Positions 1 through 12,761 of a DNA stretch of 64,000 nucleotides are shown here, piece by piece; positions within the stretch are counted from its first letter, which is position 1; each line of letters opens with the position of its first letter. This DNA comes from Curvularia clavata (Eukaryota): positions 496,001-560,000 of the forward strand of contig CP089276.1 in NCBI GenBank assembly GCA_023920165.1, written 5' to 3'. Position numbers and translations under genes: made by a program. A model generated the notes under the pieces. It was not told the origin of the DNA. It worked only from the letters and a program-made list of their open reading frames with translations, and searched no databases.

Positions 1-1733
1 TGCACGCCCCGAAAGTGATGCATCAAGCGGTGTTGTTAACCATGGAATGACTCTTGCAGCCCTCAAAGCAGATATCGAAGCAGATGTCGCCGCCTCGGGC
101 ACAGACACCCCCTATGATCGTACGTGACTTGGCTGTGGAGTGCCACTTTTCTAATTCGTACTAAACTCGTTCTAGGCAAATCCAAGGTCATCAATCGGGC
201 TTTGGAGGATATGGGCATGGGCCGCTATCAGTGGAAGCTTTTCATCTTGGCTGGGTGCGGATGGATGGCAGACAACCTCTGGTTGCAGGTATGTATACAA
301 TGCGCTTGTCGCTGCCCTCCAGGCTTACCATCATCAGGGTGTCGCACTTACGCTACCACAACTCTCGGTAGAATTTGGCGTCAGTGAGACTGAAGTCCGA
401 TACACCACTCTTGCGCTCTTCCTTGGTCTTTGCATCGGCGCGTCCTTCTGGGGTACTGCATCCGACATTGTTGGTCGCCGCATCGCTTTCAACTTTACGC
501 TTTTCCTTGCTGGTGCCTTTGGTCTTGCCTCAGGCGGCGGTCCCAACTGGATCGGCACATGCGCTCTCTACGCTTGTATCGGACTCGGTGTCGGCGGTAA
601 TCTTCCTGTGGACGGAGCACTCTTCCTTGAGTTTCTGCCACAAACATCTGGAAATCTGCTGACACTTCTCTCCGTCTTCTGGCCCGTTGGCAACTTGATC
701 GCCTCACTGCGTAGGTTAAGCGCACTGGTTTTGTGTTTCATGACACTGACAAAATGTAGTTGCCTGGGCTTTCATTCCCAACTTCTCGTGCCCTACCGAC
801 ACCCCGGTTGGTCAATGCAAGATGTCCGACAACATGGGCTGGAGGTATCTCGTTCTTACTCTCGGAGCCATTACGTTCGTCATGTTCATCTCCCGCTTTT
901 TCTTCTTCCATCTCTATGAGTCACCCAAGTTCCTTCTGTCTCGCGGTCGTCAGGCTGAGGCTGTAGCAACTGTCTACGGAATCGCGTATCACAACAAGAC
1001 GCACACCTGGCTTACCGAGGAAATTCTCAACTACGTTGGAGGCGATCAAGAAGTGACGGGCGAGGATGTTAAGCTTAGCACGCTGGAGATCCTCAAGCGC
1101 TCCATCAGTCGCTTTTCTTTTGCCCGTTTCAAGATCATCTTCCAGGACAAGAAGCTCGGAATCACCACTCTTCTTCTGTGGTTCCAATGGACTACTATCG
1201 GTATGGCTTACCCGCTGTTCAACGCTTTCCTGCCACAATACCTGGCCCACTCTGGTGGTGAGGTAGAGAACGACACCAGCACTGTGTACCGCAACTATGC
1301 CATCACTGCCATTGTCGGTGTTCCTGGATCGCTGTTGGCATGCTACGCTGTGGAGTGGAGGTTCCTCGGTCGCAAGGGTACGATGGCCATTGCTACCGTC
1401 ATCACTGGCGTCTTCGTCTTCCTTTTCACAATCTCCAGCGACTCCGACTTCCAGCTGGCCTTTACTTGCTTGGAGGCTTTCTTCCAGAACATCATGTACG
1501 GTGTGCTGTACGCGTACACTCCTGAGGTCTTCCCCGGCCCAATTCGCGGTACTGGTACCGGAATCAGCAGTTTCTTGAACCGAGTCGCCGGATTGTGCGC
1601 CCCTATTGTTGCCATCTTTTCGAGTAGTGGCAACCCCAAGGCCCCCATCTACGCAAGTGGTGGTCTGTTCATTGCGGCATTCTTCAGCATGCTGATCTTG
1701 CCGATTGAGACACGGGGCAAGCAGACGTTGTAG
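1..1733 (+). CDS. MFS transporter (SV2/SVOP-like sugar/organic cation transporter family); 5' end lies outside the window
   Basis: Spliced frame with GT-AG introns at about 120-175, 289-337 and 711-759. Motifs GMGRYQWKLF..GCGWMADN, SDIVGRR, GGNLPVD, LYESPKFLL, GRKGTM, YAYTPEVFP..RGTG. Stop at 1731-1733. Confidence 0.9.
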
Positions 1734-2656
1734 AGCATCGTCGTTACATTAGGCGGGAGTTAGCAAAATTATACGCATGATAGCGTGCTTATTCCTATGA
1801 ATTAAATGATACCAGTTTTAACGTTAGTTCATCCGTGCAAGAGTACAGTTAGTTGTCAAGTTGAGTGATACCAGTGACATGTGAAATGCCTCCTGTTCAA
1901 GCCAGCACTAGTGATGGCAGCATCCAATCGTAGAGGCAAGCCCATTTGTGCCGAGGTAGGTATTCGGAGGTCATGGAGTTGATAGGGTAGGAGTCCATAG
2001 TTGACTTTGTTCAACTAGCGGGGCACCATGGCGAGCTTGACGTTATTGACAGCGACTGCGTGACCAAGCTCGGCGCATCCAAAGATGCACATTTGTCGAT
2101 GCTGCGTGGTAGAACTCTATCTGTCCTAGACGTCCAATCGGTGGCCAGATGAGCGAGAACGAGAGCGAGAATGGAAATGCAGGCCGGCCGATGCCTGCCA
2201 AGATGCCTGCTGTCTGTTTGCGGCAAGGTGCGCGCGCCATTCAGAAAACGAACTAGACATTGTGCCTCGGCGCAAAAAAACAACACTGACGTATTGACCG
2301 CTTGTGCTCCGATTCAAGTGAAACTACAACAGACGGTCCTTCCAATGGCGTGTCGTTGGAATAGGGGCCGTGGATGGTCTCATGGCGGAGCAGCTGCTTC
2401 CCTGACGGTGTGTGCCTGGCGTTGTGGGAGTGGCGTCGCACCATGGGTGTGGGGAATTGTACGACCGATACAAAGAGGAGGCTGTGGACACCGGATCCCC
2501 ATCGTATGTGCCTGCCACTCACCCCACTTGACTCCTGTCCGGGGTTCATCTGGTTGACCGCTTCTATAATACAGCCACCTGCCATATAACAAACATTCCC
2601 CTGACACCTGCTGGCCTGCCTGTGTTGCAGACGGACCCTGGATTCGCTGGCCCGGC

Positions 2657-4179
2657 ATGATCGACTCCTACTTTGATGTCCTGATTATTGGCAGCGGTCT
2701 CAGCGGCATAAACGCTGCCTACCGCATACAGGAATCGCTGCCAGACGTCAAGTTCACCATTCTTGAAGCGCGCCATGAACTCGGTGGAACGTGGTCACAA
2801 TTCAAGTACCCCGGCGTGCGCTCCGACTCCGACCTGCATACCCTGGGCTTCCAATTCAATCCATGGCGATCAAAGAACCCCATTGCGAGTGGAGAGAGCA
2901 TCATGAGCTATCTGAAAGAGACGGCGCACAAGTTTGACATCGACAAGAAGATCCGGTACAGGCACAAGGTTTTGGCGGCCGACTGGCGGAGCGAGGAACA
3001 GCGCTGGAGGGTCGATGTGGAAGTCGGCAACGAGGTCGGGCGAGAGCCGCGGAGAGTCGTCTATTGGACAAAGTGGCTGATCATGTGTACCGGCTACTAC
3101 AGCTACAAAGAGCCGCTAAAAGCCACCATACCCGGGATCGATAACTTCAAAGGACAGAGGATACATCCGCAGTTCTGGCCAGAGGATCTCGACTACAAGG
3201 GCAAAAAAATCGTCATTGTGGGATCGGGTGCAACGACCATTACGCTTCTACCTGCGTTGGTGGATGGCGGTGCTGCGAGCGTAACTCAGCTGCAGAGGAG
3301 TCCGAGTTATATCATGAGCGTTCCCCAGGATGATGAAGCATGGTTTGAGAAATGGGCCCCAGAGTGGTTTACTCTCGGCTACAAACGTGTGTCAGTCTTC
3401 TTTCCGTTACGTGACAACTGCTAACCTATATAGGCTTTATGTTTACCCTCGTGCCATTCATACTTTATTATTTTTGCGTTTGGTTTCCCTCCTATGCGTC
3501 TTCATTCCTCGTCAAAAAAGCGGCTGCTCAGCTCCCACCGGACTTTCCTATCGACCCTCATTTCAAGCCTGGGTACAACCCTTGGCAACAGCGCATGTGT
3601 CTCTGCCCCGACGGCGACTACTTCAAGGCCTTCAGTTCCGGTAGAGCACACGTTGTCACCGACACCATTAAGACCGTCGTCGCCGACGGCATCGAGCTTA
3701 CCAGCGGCCAAAAGCTCGAGGCCGACATCATCATCACCGCCACAGGTCTCAATTTGCGCTTCCTTGGCGATATGGAAACCACCGTTGACGGCAAAAAAGT
3801 CGATCTTCCCTCTCAATACATGTGGCGCGCCAGCATGTTCACCTCGCTCCCTAACTTCGGTAACATCATTGGCTACTGGCAAGCATCATGGACGCTAGGG
3901 TCAGATACTTCGTCTCGCCTGTTTGTCCGCTTGATTCAGCACCAGCGAGCCCATGGGTACACCAGCGTTGTACCTGTTATTGACGATGAGGCGAAGAAGA
4001 AAACCATTCCTGCTTCGCCCCTCACGAGCACGTACATTCAGACGGCGTTGAGCAAGATGCCGCGATGTGCTGATGTTGGACCGTGGAAACCGAGAACCAA
4101 TTGGTTTGCGGATAGCTGGGGCGCGAGGATGGGTGGGTTGGATGACGGGCTTAAGTGGGATAAGGTTGCTGTTGAGTAG
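2657..4179 (+). CDS. FAD/NADPH-dependent monooxygenase (EthA-like Baeyer-Villiger/FMO family)
   Basis: Rossmann motif IIGSGLSG, GGTW..FKYPGVRSDS, FKGQRIHPQFWPEDLDY fingerprint, second VGSGAT motif, QRSPSY, PWQQRMC, ATG motif. One intron at about 3387-3433 joins the two ORFs in frame. Confidence 0.92.
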
Positions 4180-5310
4180 TTAGTCTGAGAAGAGTGTGTA
4201 TAGTCGATTGAGGTCTATATCCAACCCATTCGATAACAAATAGTACTACTGTTGAAGTGGACAAGATGTTTGAGGTTCTTCTGTTGTTAGATACTCGTCA
4301 TATGATTAATAAGCTTCTCGATCAAAGGTGATGAGTAAACTAGTACAACCATGATAGGAAGCTTACCCCAACGGGAAAACAGCAACGAGGACATGAAACG
4401 AATCAGTGTGGGTACAATGTCGATGTGGTTTTCATAATGAATACTGGTTCTGTTTTAGAGTAGTGGGAATCTCTGAGTAGCCATTCGTGTTTACGGCTCA
4501 CTTTATCCGCCCCGAGCGATCATGCCCATTGATACCTGCATCTTGCCCACATGATCAGCATGCTGCATCTGCAAAGAAGTTTAAAATTATGTTTGCGAAT
4601 ACGTAGAACCAATTTCATGCACAACGTGTAAGTTAATTTGAGTTGCTAGAAAGAAAGTGTAAAACAGCCTTGCTGATGGGCGGTAATCTCCGCAATTGCA
4701 AGGATGGCGAAGAGAAGCAGTGAAACGATTGGACAAGTAAAACTACCACTATATCCTCCAAAGCCACACTGTCAACGCATGCACGCGAGTCAAAGATAAA
4801 CTACACACTTCGGAAAAGGAGCATAAGTCCAGCGGTGGAAGTCCAACTGCCAAGTCGATTTCCCCAATTTCCCCGGGGCCCGAGCTCGCCATCAAGCCAT
4901 TTCAGCCACGGCAAAATCTGGGGATGTATACTTCCACCACTCAACTCCACCATGTCAAGCCACTCTCGCACCATCTGGCATCGCCGTTTCGACTCGCCAA
5001 GTGAGCGGCGCTCTGGCCAAGATGAGCCAAGAACAACAATGTAATAGCACCTTGCCGATAGTTGCTGTAGGGCGATGGCTCCTCTATACAGAGGCACTGT
5101 CAAGTGGCTTCTAGGCACACCGACCCATGCGCCAAGGGTCGTTTTGCCGGAAGAACTGGTTACTCGTGTAGTAGAAAATGATGTGGCTCGCTTCTCAGAG
5201 CCGTAGAGAGCGATCATAGCAGCAGATAAAATGGGGGCGATGTCCCCTGCTGGTGGAGAACAGGTTATCCAAATACCCACTGTCTTCTGCTACTGTCTTT
5301 GCAAACCAAG

Positions 5311-6315
5311 ATGAAGCTTTCTGTCCTTTCCCTCGTTTCATTTGCTGTTTCTGCGACAGCAGCACCAGCAGGTGCCGACTTCAGTCTGGTGGGATTCGCA
5401 AAAGACAATCCTATCGGCCCTACGACAGGTGGTCAATCCAAGCAAGGCAAAAGCGTAACGGTTACCACTGTTGCCGACTTTGTCAAGGCAGTCACAAGTA
5501 CTGAGTCACTCGTGGTCTACGCCAAAGGCAACTTCAACCTCACCTCGCGAGTCCAAGTCGGATCCAATAAGTCGCTCATTGGCCTAGGCAAAGGCGCCCA
5601 AATCACTGGTGCCGGTCTCAACATCTACAACAAGACCAATGTCATTATCCGCAACTTTGGCTTCACAGCTATTCCCGACGATGCCATGACAATTCGAAAC
5701 AGCACACGCATATGGATCGACCATAATGAATTCACGACTGGCAACTTTCCTGCCCTAGGACCCGATGCGTTCGACGGCCAGGTTGATATCATCCGCGCCT
5801 CAGACTGGATCACCGTATCGTGGAACTACTTCCACGACCACTGGAAGAGCTCGCTTGTAGGAAACAGCGATGCGTTGCGAGACGTCGATCAAGGCCACCT
5901 TCACGTCACTTATCACCACAATTACTGGCGCCACGAAGGCACAAGAGGGCCTGCCGGCCGCTTCGGCCACCAACACATTTACAACAACCTCTACGTCGAC
6001 TTTCTGTACCAAGCCATCCACTCCCGCAGCGACAACCAGGTTCTCGTTGAGGGCAATGTCTTCCGCGGCAACACGCGCGAGGCACTGAGTACGTACGGAC
6101 TGGTGATTCCAGACGACAGCCCGAATACGAGTCCTGAAGGTGACTTTGAAATTGATGGGTTTGCGAATCTCGGGGCGAAGAATGATTTTGGAACTGCGGG
6201 AGTGAATATTACGCAGGTGGGGAATTTTACTAAAGCGCCGTACAAGTATAAGCTCACGCCATTGGAGAAGGTGGAGAAGGTGGTGAAGAGTGGTGCGGGA
6301 TTGGGGAAGATCTAA
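5311..6315 (+). CDS. Secreted pectate lyase (polysaccharide lyase family 1)
   Basis: Signal peptide MKLSVLSLVSFAVSATA. PL1 motifs GTTGG-like, VGSNKSLIG, NVIIRN, IWIDH, DGQVDI. No introns. Confidence 0.93.
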   Translation: MKLSVLSLVSFAVSATAAPAGADFSLVGFAKDNPIGPTTGGQSKQGKSVTVTTVADFVKAVTSTESLVVYAKGNFNLTSRVQVGSNKSLIGLGKGAQITGAGLNIYNKTNVIIRNFGFTAIPDDAMTIRNSTRIWIDHNEFTTGNFPALGPDAFDGQVDIIRASDWITVSWNYFHDHWKSSLVGNSDALRDVDQGHLHVTYHHNYWRHEGTRGPAGRFGHQHIYNNLYVDFLYQAIHSRSDNQVLVEGNVFRGNTREALSTYGLVIPDDSPNTSPEGDFEIDGFANLGAKNDFGTAGVNITQVGNFTKAPYKYKLTPLEKVEKVVKSGAGLGKI

Positions 6316-6552
6316 AAGGGGAAATAGAGAAGTCTTGGTTTTGTTGTTTGAGTAATTGTGCGTTGATGTTGGAATCGCTTTTAGTAATGAGGATCGATGA
6401 TATCCTATGAGCTTCTCTTGATACATCACAGTCTCTTTCCCTTAGACCAAAGCATTCGTCTGCAAAAGTGAAGAAATTCGTCACACCTCTGGCAGCTCAC
6501 TCAAGCCATTCATACATGTACAGGGAACATTACACTATCAATACATGCAAGT

Positions 6553-7376
6553 CTAAGCATGTGCAGCAACACCACCCAACGGACTTCGTCCCTGTGGGTT
6601 GTTTGGGGCAGCAGGCTGCAACTCCTCAATAGCCTGGTCATACTCGTTGCTGCTCATATCCGCACCCGCGCCTTCGTTCTGCTGTCCGCTGAACATCTGC
6701 GCACGCATGGCCTGCTCATCTTCAATCTGCTTGGCCGCCCAGGCCTTCCAGTTCTCCCACTGACGGTCCTCGAGCTCCATACCAATCTCAAGCGGTCCCT
6801 TGCCAAAGTAGGCGCCCACGTGCAGGGCTTCTTCTTTTGCAATGCGCGACCGGATTTCCGAGAGGTGGCGGTGTTTATAGAATTCGCGGCGGGCAACATC
6901 GTAGGCAGAGGCTTTCGAAAGCGATTGGTGTTTCATAAGCCACATTTGGCGCTGGACGACGCTTTCGTGGGGTTAGTATTTGTCGCATAGGAATACTACA
7001 AATTGGATTTGACACACCTCTCGCCGTCTAGTTGTTTGCCTGGTTGCACAATCTTGCTCCAATCGTAGTTTTTCGAGTCGTTTCCACTGTCTTCAACCAC
7101 CAGTCTTGGCCGTGCCAGTTCCCATGGGTGGTCACCAAAGAATTCTGAACGCAGCTTGTCCTCGGGATATGCGATAGGCAATGGCTTGAATAGTTTGCTG
7201 GCTTTGCGTGCCTTGCGCATCTTGGGTGCCCGTAACACTGGCCTAGCGAGCGTCTCGCCCGGAGGTATATTTCCAATCACATCATACCATTGCGGTAGGT
7301 TGGGGTCTCGCTTCGAGTCGAAGAGGGCCTTCGCAGTTTGGCGGACACGGAGAGGGCGGAAATCGTAGCGGCCCAT
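6553..7376 (-). CDS. RSM25: Mitochondrial small ribosomal subunit protein mS23 (Rsm25)
   Basis: MGRYDFRPLRVRQ N-terminus, YPEDKLRSEFFGDHPWELARPR, LDGESVVQRQ.WLM..AYD.AR.EFY. Intron 7017-6962. Confidence 0.88.
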
Positions 7377-7722
7377 GGCGGGCAGAGTTGATATTTATGT
7401 GCACACGCGTTTTATCGCATGCGAAAGGAGCCCGGAGGTGTCTAGAGGGGGCAGCGAGAGCTCACGGGACGCAATTGGCGATGTTGAGGGTATTATCAAC
7501 GTTGATCTTGCCCGCGCAAACTCCGAAAGATTTTGCCAAGACTTCGCGACGTGGGAAATCTTTGGATGGGGCGTATGCGAGCATCTGCGCATCACCATCG
7601 ATACCCTCACCCACCCCACACTGCAGGAAGCTCTTCAATGGGCTCCGCTTGAACAGCTGCAGTCGCGCCCACAAATGGAACACGTCTGAACGGGCTCCCG
7701 CTGACACGATGCTCGACCTCTC

Positions 7723-9522
7723 ATGTCCCTCTTCCGCACCCTCGATCGGACCTCCGCAGTCTCGAATACCACCAGCGCACGACCATTTCTTTCCTTTTTG
7801 TGGCCCGTTTTCGACAAGAATACATCCAAGAGGAATTTTAGCAACACGACTATAAACAATGCCCTACAATCGGCCAGGCCGACCGCTCGAATGGACGGCT
7901 TTTTTATTCAGGCATTGGTGCAGGCGGCATCGTGCCCCAAGCATGCAAAACGGATGCCAAAAATGTGCGGGGTAGACACAGCTGTACCAAGGAAATATGC
8001 AGTGCGGTGGAATAGCACATGGTCTGCGCCAGAGGATAATGCACCTAATGCCAGACCGCAACGGAGAGGCCCATTCAACAAAGTAAAGGCCTTTGCTGAA
8101 AAAGAGTTACAGGCCTTGGTCGACTACTATGGCATGAAATTTGACAATGAACCTGAGCAAGACATTCCCGACGACGGCAAACTGGTATGGAACGTTGGCG
8201 ACAGTCACGAACCCTGGCCCCTCCGTGATCCTTCAGACGCTGTGCATATCACGAAATTGGAAAAACTGCTGCAAGATGATGAAGCATCACAGGAAGAGGT
8301 ATTTGAGACGTACAGGAAGCTGCCATCTCCGGGAGTCGTATATCTCAAAATTGAAACGATAAGAGCATTGTTGCATCATCTCGCCATTGTTGAACGTCCG
8401 GTTCTGGCCGCAGTGCAACGCTATCTTGCCATACTCGACGACATGAAGACTGCGCACATACACATTCTTCGTTCGGAATGGACGTCAGCGATACACCTCT
8501 CTGGAAATGCCTTGGGTAAGTTACCCGATGACAGAATCCAATCAGCTCTCCAGATTTGGCGGGATATGGAGCACCGAGCTGGAATAAGAGGCGGCTACGT
8601 GGCCTTTAACGTGCTATTTACTGTGTCCGTAAAGACGGGCAAGTACAACCTCGCTGAGATGTTTTTGAAAGAAATGCAAGCTCGAAAAATGCCCATGCAT
8701 CGACACCATCGTGTGTCTCTCCTGTATTACTACGGAGTTCTGCAAAATGGCAACGCAGTTAGAAGGACGTATCAAGAGCTGATTTCTGCGGGAGAGATTG
8801 TTGACACAGTGGTCATGAATGCTGTCATCGCATCCTTACTCCGCGCAGGAGAGCCTTCAGCTGCAGAACATGTTTTTGAGCGCATGAAGCGCCTACACTC
8901 TTTGCGTGCCACTCCTGCGCCCGGTCACACATTCTTCAATCGCAAGTGGCGCGACCGTCGTCTCCTAGGAATGCACTTTAGGGACGAAGTGCGGAGGCTG
9001 AACAAAGACAACAACGAGGAAGAATTGAAAAAGCTACAAGACTTCGCGCCTATCGCACCGGACTCGCGTACTTACGGTATCCTGATCCGTCATCACGCAG
9101 GGGTAGCAGGCAACATCGATCGCGTCCACGAGCTGCTGCAGGAGATGAAGTGGAACTCTGTGCCGCTCGAGGGAACCATCTTCATTGTCATATTTCATGG
9201 TTTCAATAGCTTTGGCGGTGTACGCTACTCATCGTGGACGGCCTCGAAACTTGAAAAGATCTGGCAACGCTATTTGAAAGCTCTCAAGGAAGACCTCGAA
9301 AGGACATGGATATCTAGTCTCTCCGTCATTGCGGCCCTCAGAGCCTTTGCAAAGTGTACGGATCCAGAGCGCACGTTGAAGGCTTGGGAGGAAATCCGCA
9401 GCTTGTGGCACGATGCAGACGAACAGGAGTTGGAGAGTGTACTTCTTGTGCTGAGGAAGCTGGTGCCGAGCCAACTGGAAGCTCCGAGCCCAGGTTTCTT
9501 TGATTTTAGAAGACCGTTTTGA
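7723..9522 (+). CDS. Pentatricopeptide-repeat (PPR) protein, probably mitochondrial
   Basis: 599-aa intronless ORF with a basic, S/T-rich presequence. PPR-like units FNVLFTVSVKTGKYNLAE, VVMNAVIASLLRAGEPSAAEHVFERM, PDSRTYGILI. Confidence 0.82.
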   Translation: MSLFRTLDRTSAVSNTTSARPFLSFLWPVFDKNTSKRNFSNTTINNALQSARPTARMDGFFIQALVQAASCPKHAKRMPKMCGVDTAVPRKYAVRWNSTWSAPEDNAPNARPQRRGPFNKVKAFAEKELQALVDYYGMKFDNEPEQDIPDDGKLVWNVGDSHEPWPLRDPSDAVHITKLEKLLQDDEASQEEVFETYRKLPSPGVVYLKIETIRALLHHLAIVERPVLAAVQRYLAILDDMKTAHIHILRSEWTSAIHLSGNALGKLPDDRIQSALQIWRDMEHRAGIRGGYVAFNVLFTVSVKTGKYNLAEMFLKEMQARKMPMHRHHRVSLLYYYGVLQNGNAVRRTYQELISAGEIVDTVVMNAVIASLLRAGEPSAAEHVFERMKRLHSLRATPAPGHTFFNRKWRDRRLLGMHFRDEVRRLNKDNNEEELKKLQDFAPIAPDSRTYGILIRHHAGVAGNIDRVHELLQEMKWNSVPLEGTIFIVIFHGFNSFGGVRYSSWTASKLEKIWQRYLKALKEDLERTWISSLSVIAALRAFAKCTDPERTLKAWEEIRSLWHDADEQELESVLLVLRKLVPSQLEAPSPGFFDFRRPF

Positions 9523-12500
9523 ATGAAGATAATCATCTGATAGTTTCAACGTGCTGTGTTCTCACTGATGTAGCATCGTCATCACCACCACCTTGTGTAA
9601 ATGGGTATCCCTGCATAATCTTGTTCACTGAGTTCTTATCTTTTACCCCGAATCGCCGACGCCATGGTGCTGGGGGTGAAACGGAATGGGACCGGGGCCA
9701 CCAACTGGATCCGCGGCTGAATAAGGGGGCGAATTACTCGCAGGCGCTGTATCCGCTCAGCCGTGTCGTACTGGACCTGTGCTGGCAGCCTTACTACATA
9801 CCTACGCCCATATGCCTTGCTAGAGGAGAAGGGGATGAAAACTCATAGAGTTTGACCTGAAGAAAGTTCTCCGAAAACAACAAATAAAAGGCCGGTTTGA
9901 CGAATGTTGTTCCCATATTACGTGAAACGCTGTTCAAATTTCCGTATCCGAGACTCATACTGGCAGCTGATCTACACAACTCCCTTACTTTCTGTGAGGT
10001 GAGAGGTCGTTCTGCATGCACGAACGGGTTTCACACGTGATGTATGCAGGCGGTTATTTGGGGAAGGTTTGTAATGATGGGAAAGAGTTAACTGGGTTAG
10101 ATGGGGTGAAAAGGGAACACTATACGTAAATTCACTGCAGGGGCAAGATGCGCACATACCATGTTCGCACCACCTCCGCGCAGCATTGGGAAGGTTTATC
10201 TGCCTGTTTGCTTAGCAGGCTAAATGGACTCTTCGATCACGAACTCATGTGTCATTCGCTTGCTATCACAGAAACTCATCATGCTGACTTCGCCTATGGC
10301 GGTGTACTATATTGTGGTCCAGGAATTCTAGCAGTGATGTCCTCAACGCAATTTTCTCTCAAATGTCGTAGACACCAAAATAGTTCGTAAGTTTGCAGCT
10401 GTTCGCGAGAGAAGCATTGCGAGATGTTACCGAGAAAGTTTATCATCACCACCCGACACTGGGTCGAAGTTTGTCGATAATGGATGAGTTTCGTGTTCAT
10501 CACTCCGAGCACCTGGTACACTACGAAGTGGACATCTTGTTGGTAAAATTGGATTATCCAGTGTGAGTCTAGGAAAAAATTTCATCTCCACCACGACCAT
10601 CCTCACGGCCATGACTGACTTACGTATGCATTTCTTCATTCGTATAGTTTGGTATAGGGCAGCATCACGATACTTTGAACGGTATACACAGCACTGGACT
10701 AAACTCCATACGCCATGGGACCAAGGTGACATGACTCGTATTTCATCGCTCTTGTGTTGGAGTACGAGTTTCACCACCAACACTATGCTAGTCAGTACAT
10801 TGCCGGGGTTCACAGCAAGCAAAGAGCAGTGTCCATGTCGCCATATCAATCTCCCGAAGCTATGTCCGTCGCTCCGCAATGTTCCCGACGGCGAGGCCGA
10901 TCGGGTCTTTTTACTAGCAGCCGCGCGGGTGGTGGTTGAGTCATGTTTGAGTTCGACCAAGATGCGGGCTTGTTCAGATTTCAATGTAGTAAAGAAGCAG
11001 ACTTTACATACAGCATTGCGGAACATCGCTGATCGTAGATGGATGTCGGCGACCTTTTTTTCGCGTCGGGTAGGTAGATCTGGTTTGCTACCCCTGCCGA
11101 AAACTGCGAACTCGTTTAGGCTAGAAATCGTTGTCTGCCTTGACTTGGCGACCGAATGCGAGAATCCTGACCTTTCATACGTCTGATGATATGTTACTCC
11201 GGCCCAAATATGTTGTCTGCATTGAGAACCAATCAACTCAGGCATGCCTTACAGCGTATACAATGATACGACACCAGTATCTCACGTGGATCTTAATGGC
11301 CATATTACATAGTATTCTAGAAGATTTTTTCCCAGCGCTGCAATGCCAAAGTTTATTTGTTCCAGGGCTCCGAGGATCAGCGCGACACTTGAACGTAGAC
11401 GAACAACCAGTACAGCAACTCGGCGAATATAGTTGATTAGTTCCATCGGCCAACGATCCTACGATGGCCCCTCAAAATCTTTAGGCCACCAACAAAGCCG
11501 TCAGACCACGTGTTTCGGCCATCATTACTTGCTCCATCAGTCAGTTGGATATTTAGATATTCATGCAGAAACTTTGTTCGTGTGGGTAGGCATGTCCTTG
11601 TCGCTATCTGACGACGGCTGCTGGCTAATTGATTCTTAGTCGTGTTTCCTTGCTCTTAATCCAGGGCACCGTTCGGCAATGTTGCTTCCAACCGCTCACA
11701 AGCATCTTTGCCGGCGCCTCAGACTCGAACGTAGGGGTTCGTGACACAAGCACGACAGATGTTCAGGTCGGGGAAGCAGTGCCTGGCTATTAGGTAGTCA
11801 GCATCCTGGCCAAGCCCCCTGTGCCAGAAAATGAAAAGAGAATCCTGCGGCACCGACTTTGGGTTAGTATGCCACTTATGCTGAGCCGCTCATTGGCCAG
11901 CCGCATTCGCTTTACCTGCTGTGTAGCCATTGGCTCGGAATTTTAGTCAAGTTGCATGAAAACGACGATCGCTACGCATCCTTTGTCGCAGCGTAGTCAT
12001 GGCACCATCTGCGTGGGCTGTTGGAGTGATGGCTGCCGTCTCTTCTACGATGTACCGGATGCGCTCTTCCGCCAATCGCCTCATCAGGGCCCAGATCAAA
12101 GGGAAGCCAACCATACACAACTGCTTTGCCTTGATCTGTCTTCTTCCAATGCAGGGGCAATGCATCTCAAGTGGCTGGCCCGCCTTGCCGCACACTAGAC
12201 GCGTGCATTCCGTCACTCGCGCAATATTTCTCGGGCGAAAAAGAGTAGCGTCATTCCCGCCCGGCATCGTGCTACCGACGACTGCAATCACAGAGAAGCA
12301 GTTCACTACGCTGTCTGACTATTCATACATGTACCCATGGCCTGAGGCGTGGGGATCGCGCGCCGTCGAACTCTAGATCTTGTCGCAGCACGAGGTGGGG
12401 GGACCCTGCAACATGGAGCTGGAATCCCCAAAGGTGACACGCCCTCGAGGCCATCCTTGCATAGAGTTTGCCCCAAAAGCCTGTCAAATGCAACCATCCG

Positions 12501-12761
12501 CCTGCTGAGGCCCGCTTGTCTACTAGCGTACAGCCTTGAGCAGACCTCCACCTGCATTAGCCCTGCACAGATAGCATAGAGCTCGCTTGGCAACGGGTCT
12601 GAATCATGAACTAGCTTCCTGGCCATGGAAGGTAGGTGGCCCACTGTCAGTCATTAGTGCCTGGATTCCCCCGCGAGACTCTGCTACGCCGTATCTATAC
12701 ATCAATCTTGTGTCTTCCAGACCAGCGCCGGCGCTGTCGCTGTTGTCGCCTTTGCATCACA

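Noticed and set aside
1..6315. MFS transporter + monooxygenase + pectate lyase as a secondary-metabolite cluster
   Set aside because: No backbone enzyme or cluster transcription factor in the window, and core housekeeping genes follow immediately.
10427..11245. 272-aa minus ORF overlapping a 207-aa plus ORF
   Set aside because: No recognisable motif, non-ATG starts and random-looking composition. An orphan gene cannot be excluded, but I cannot support it.
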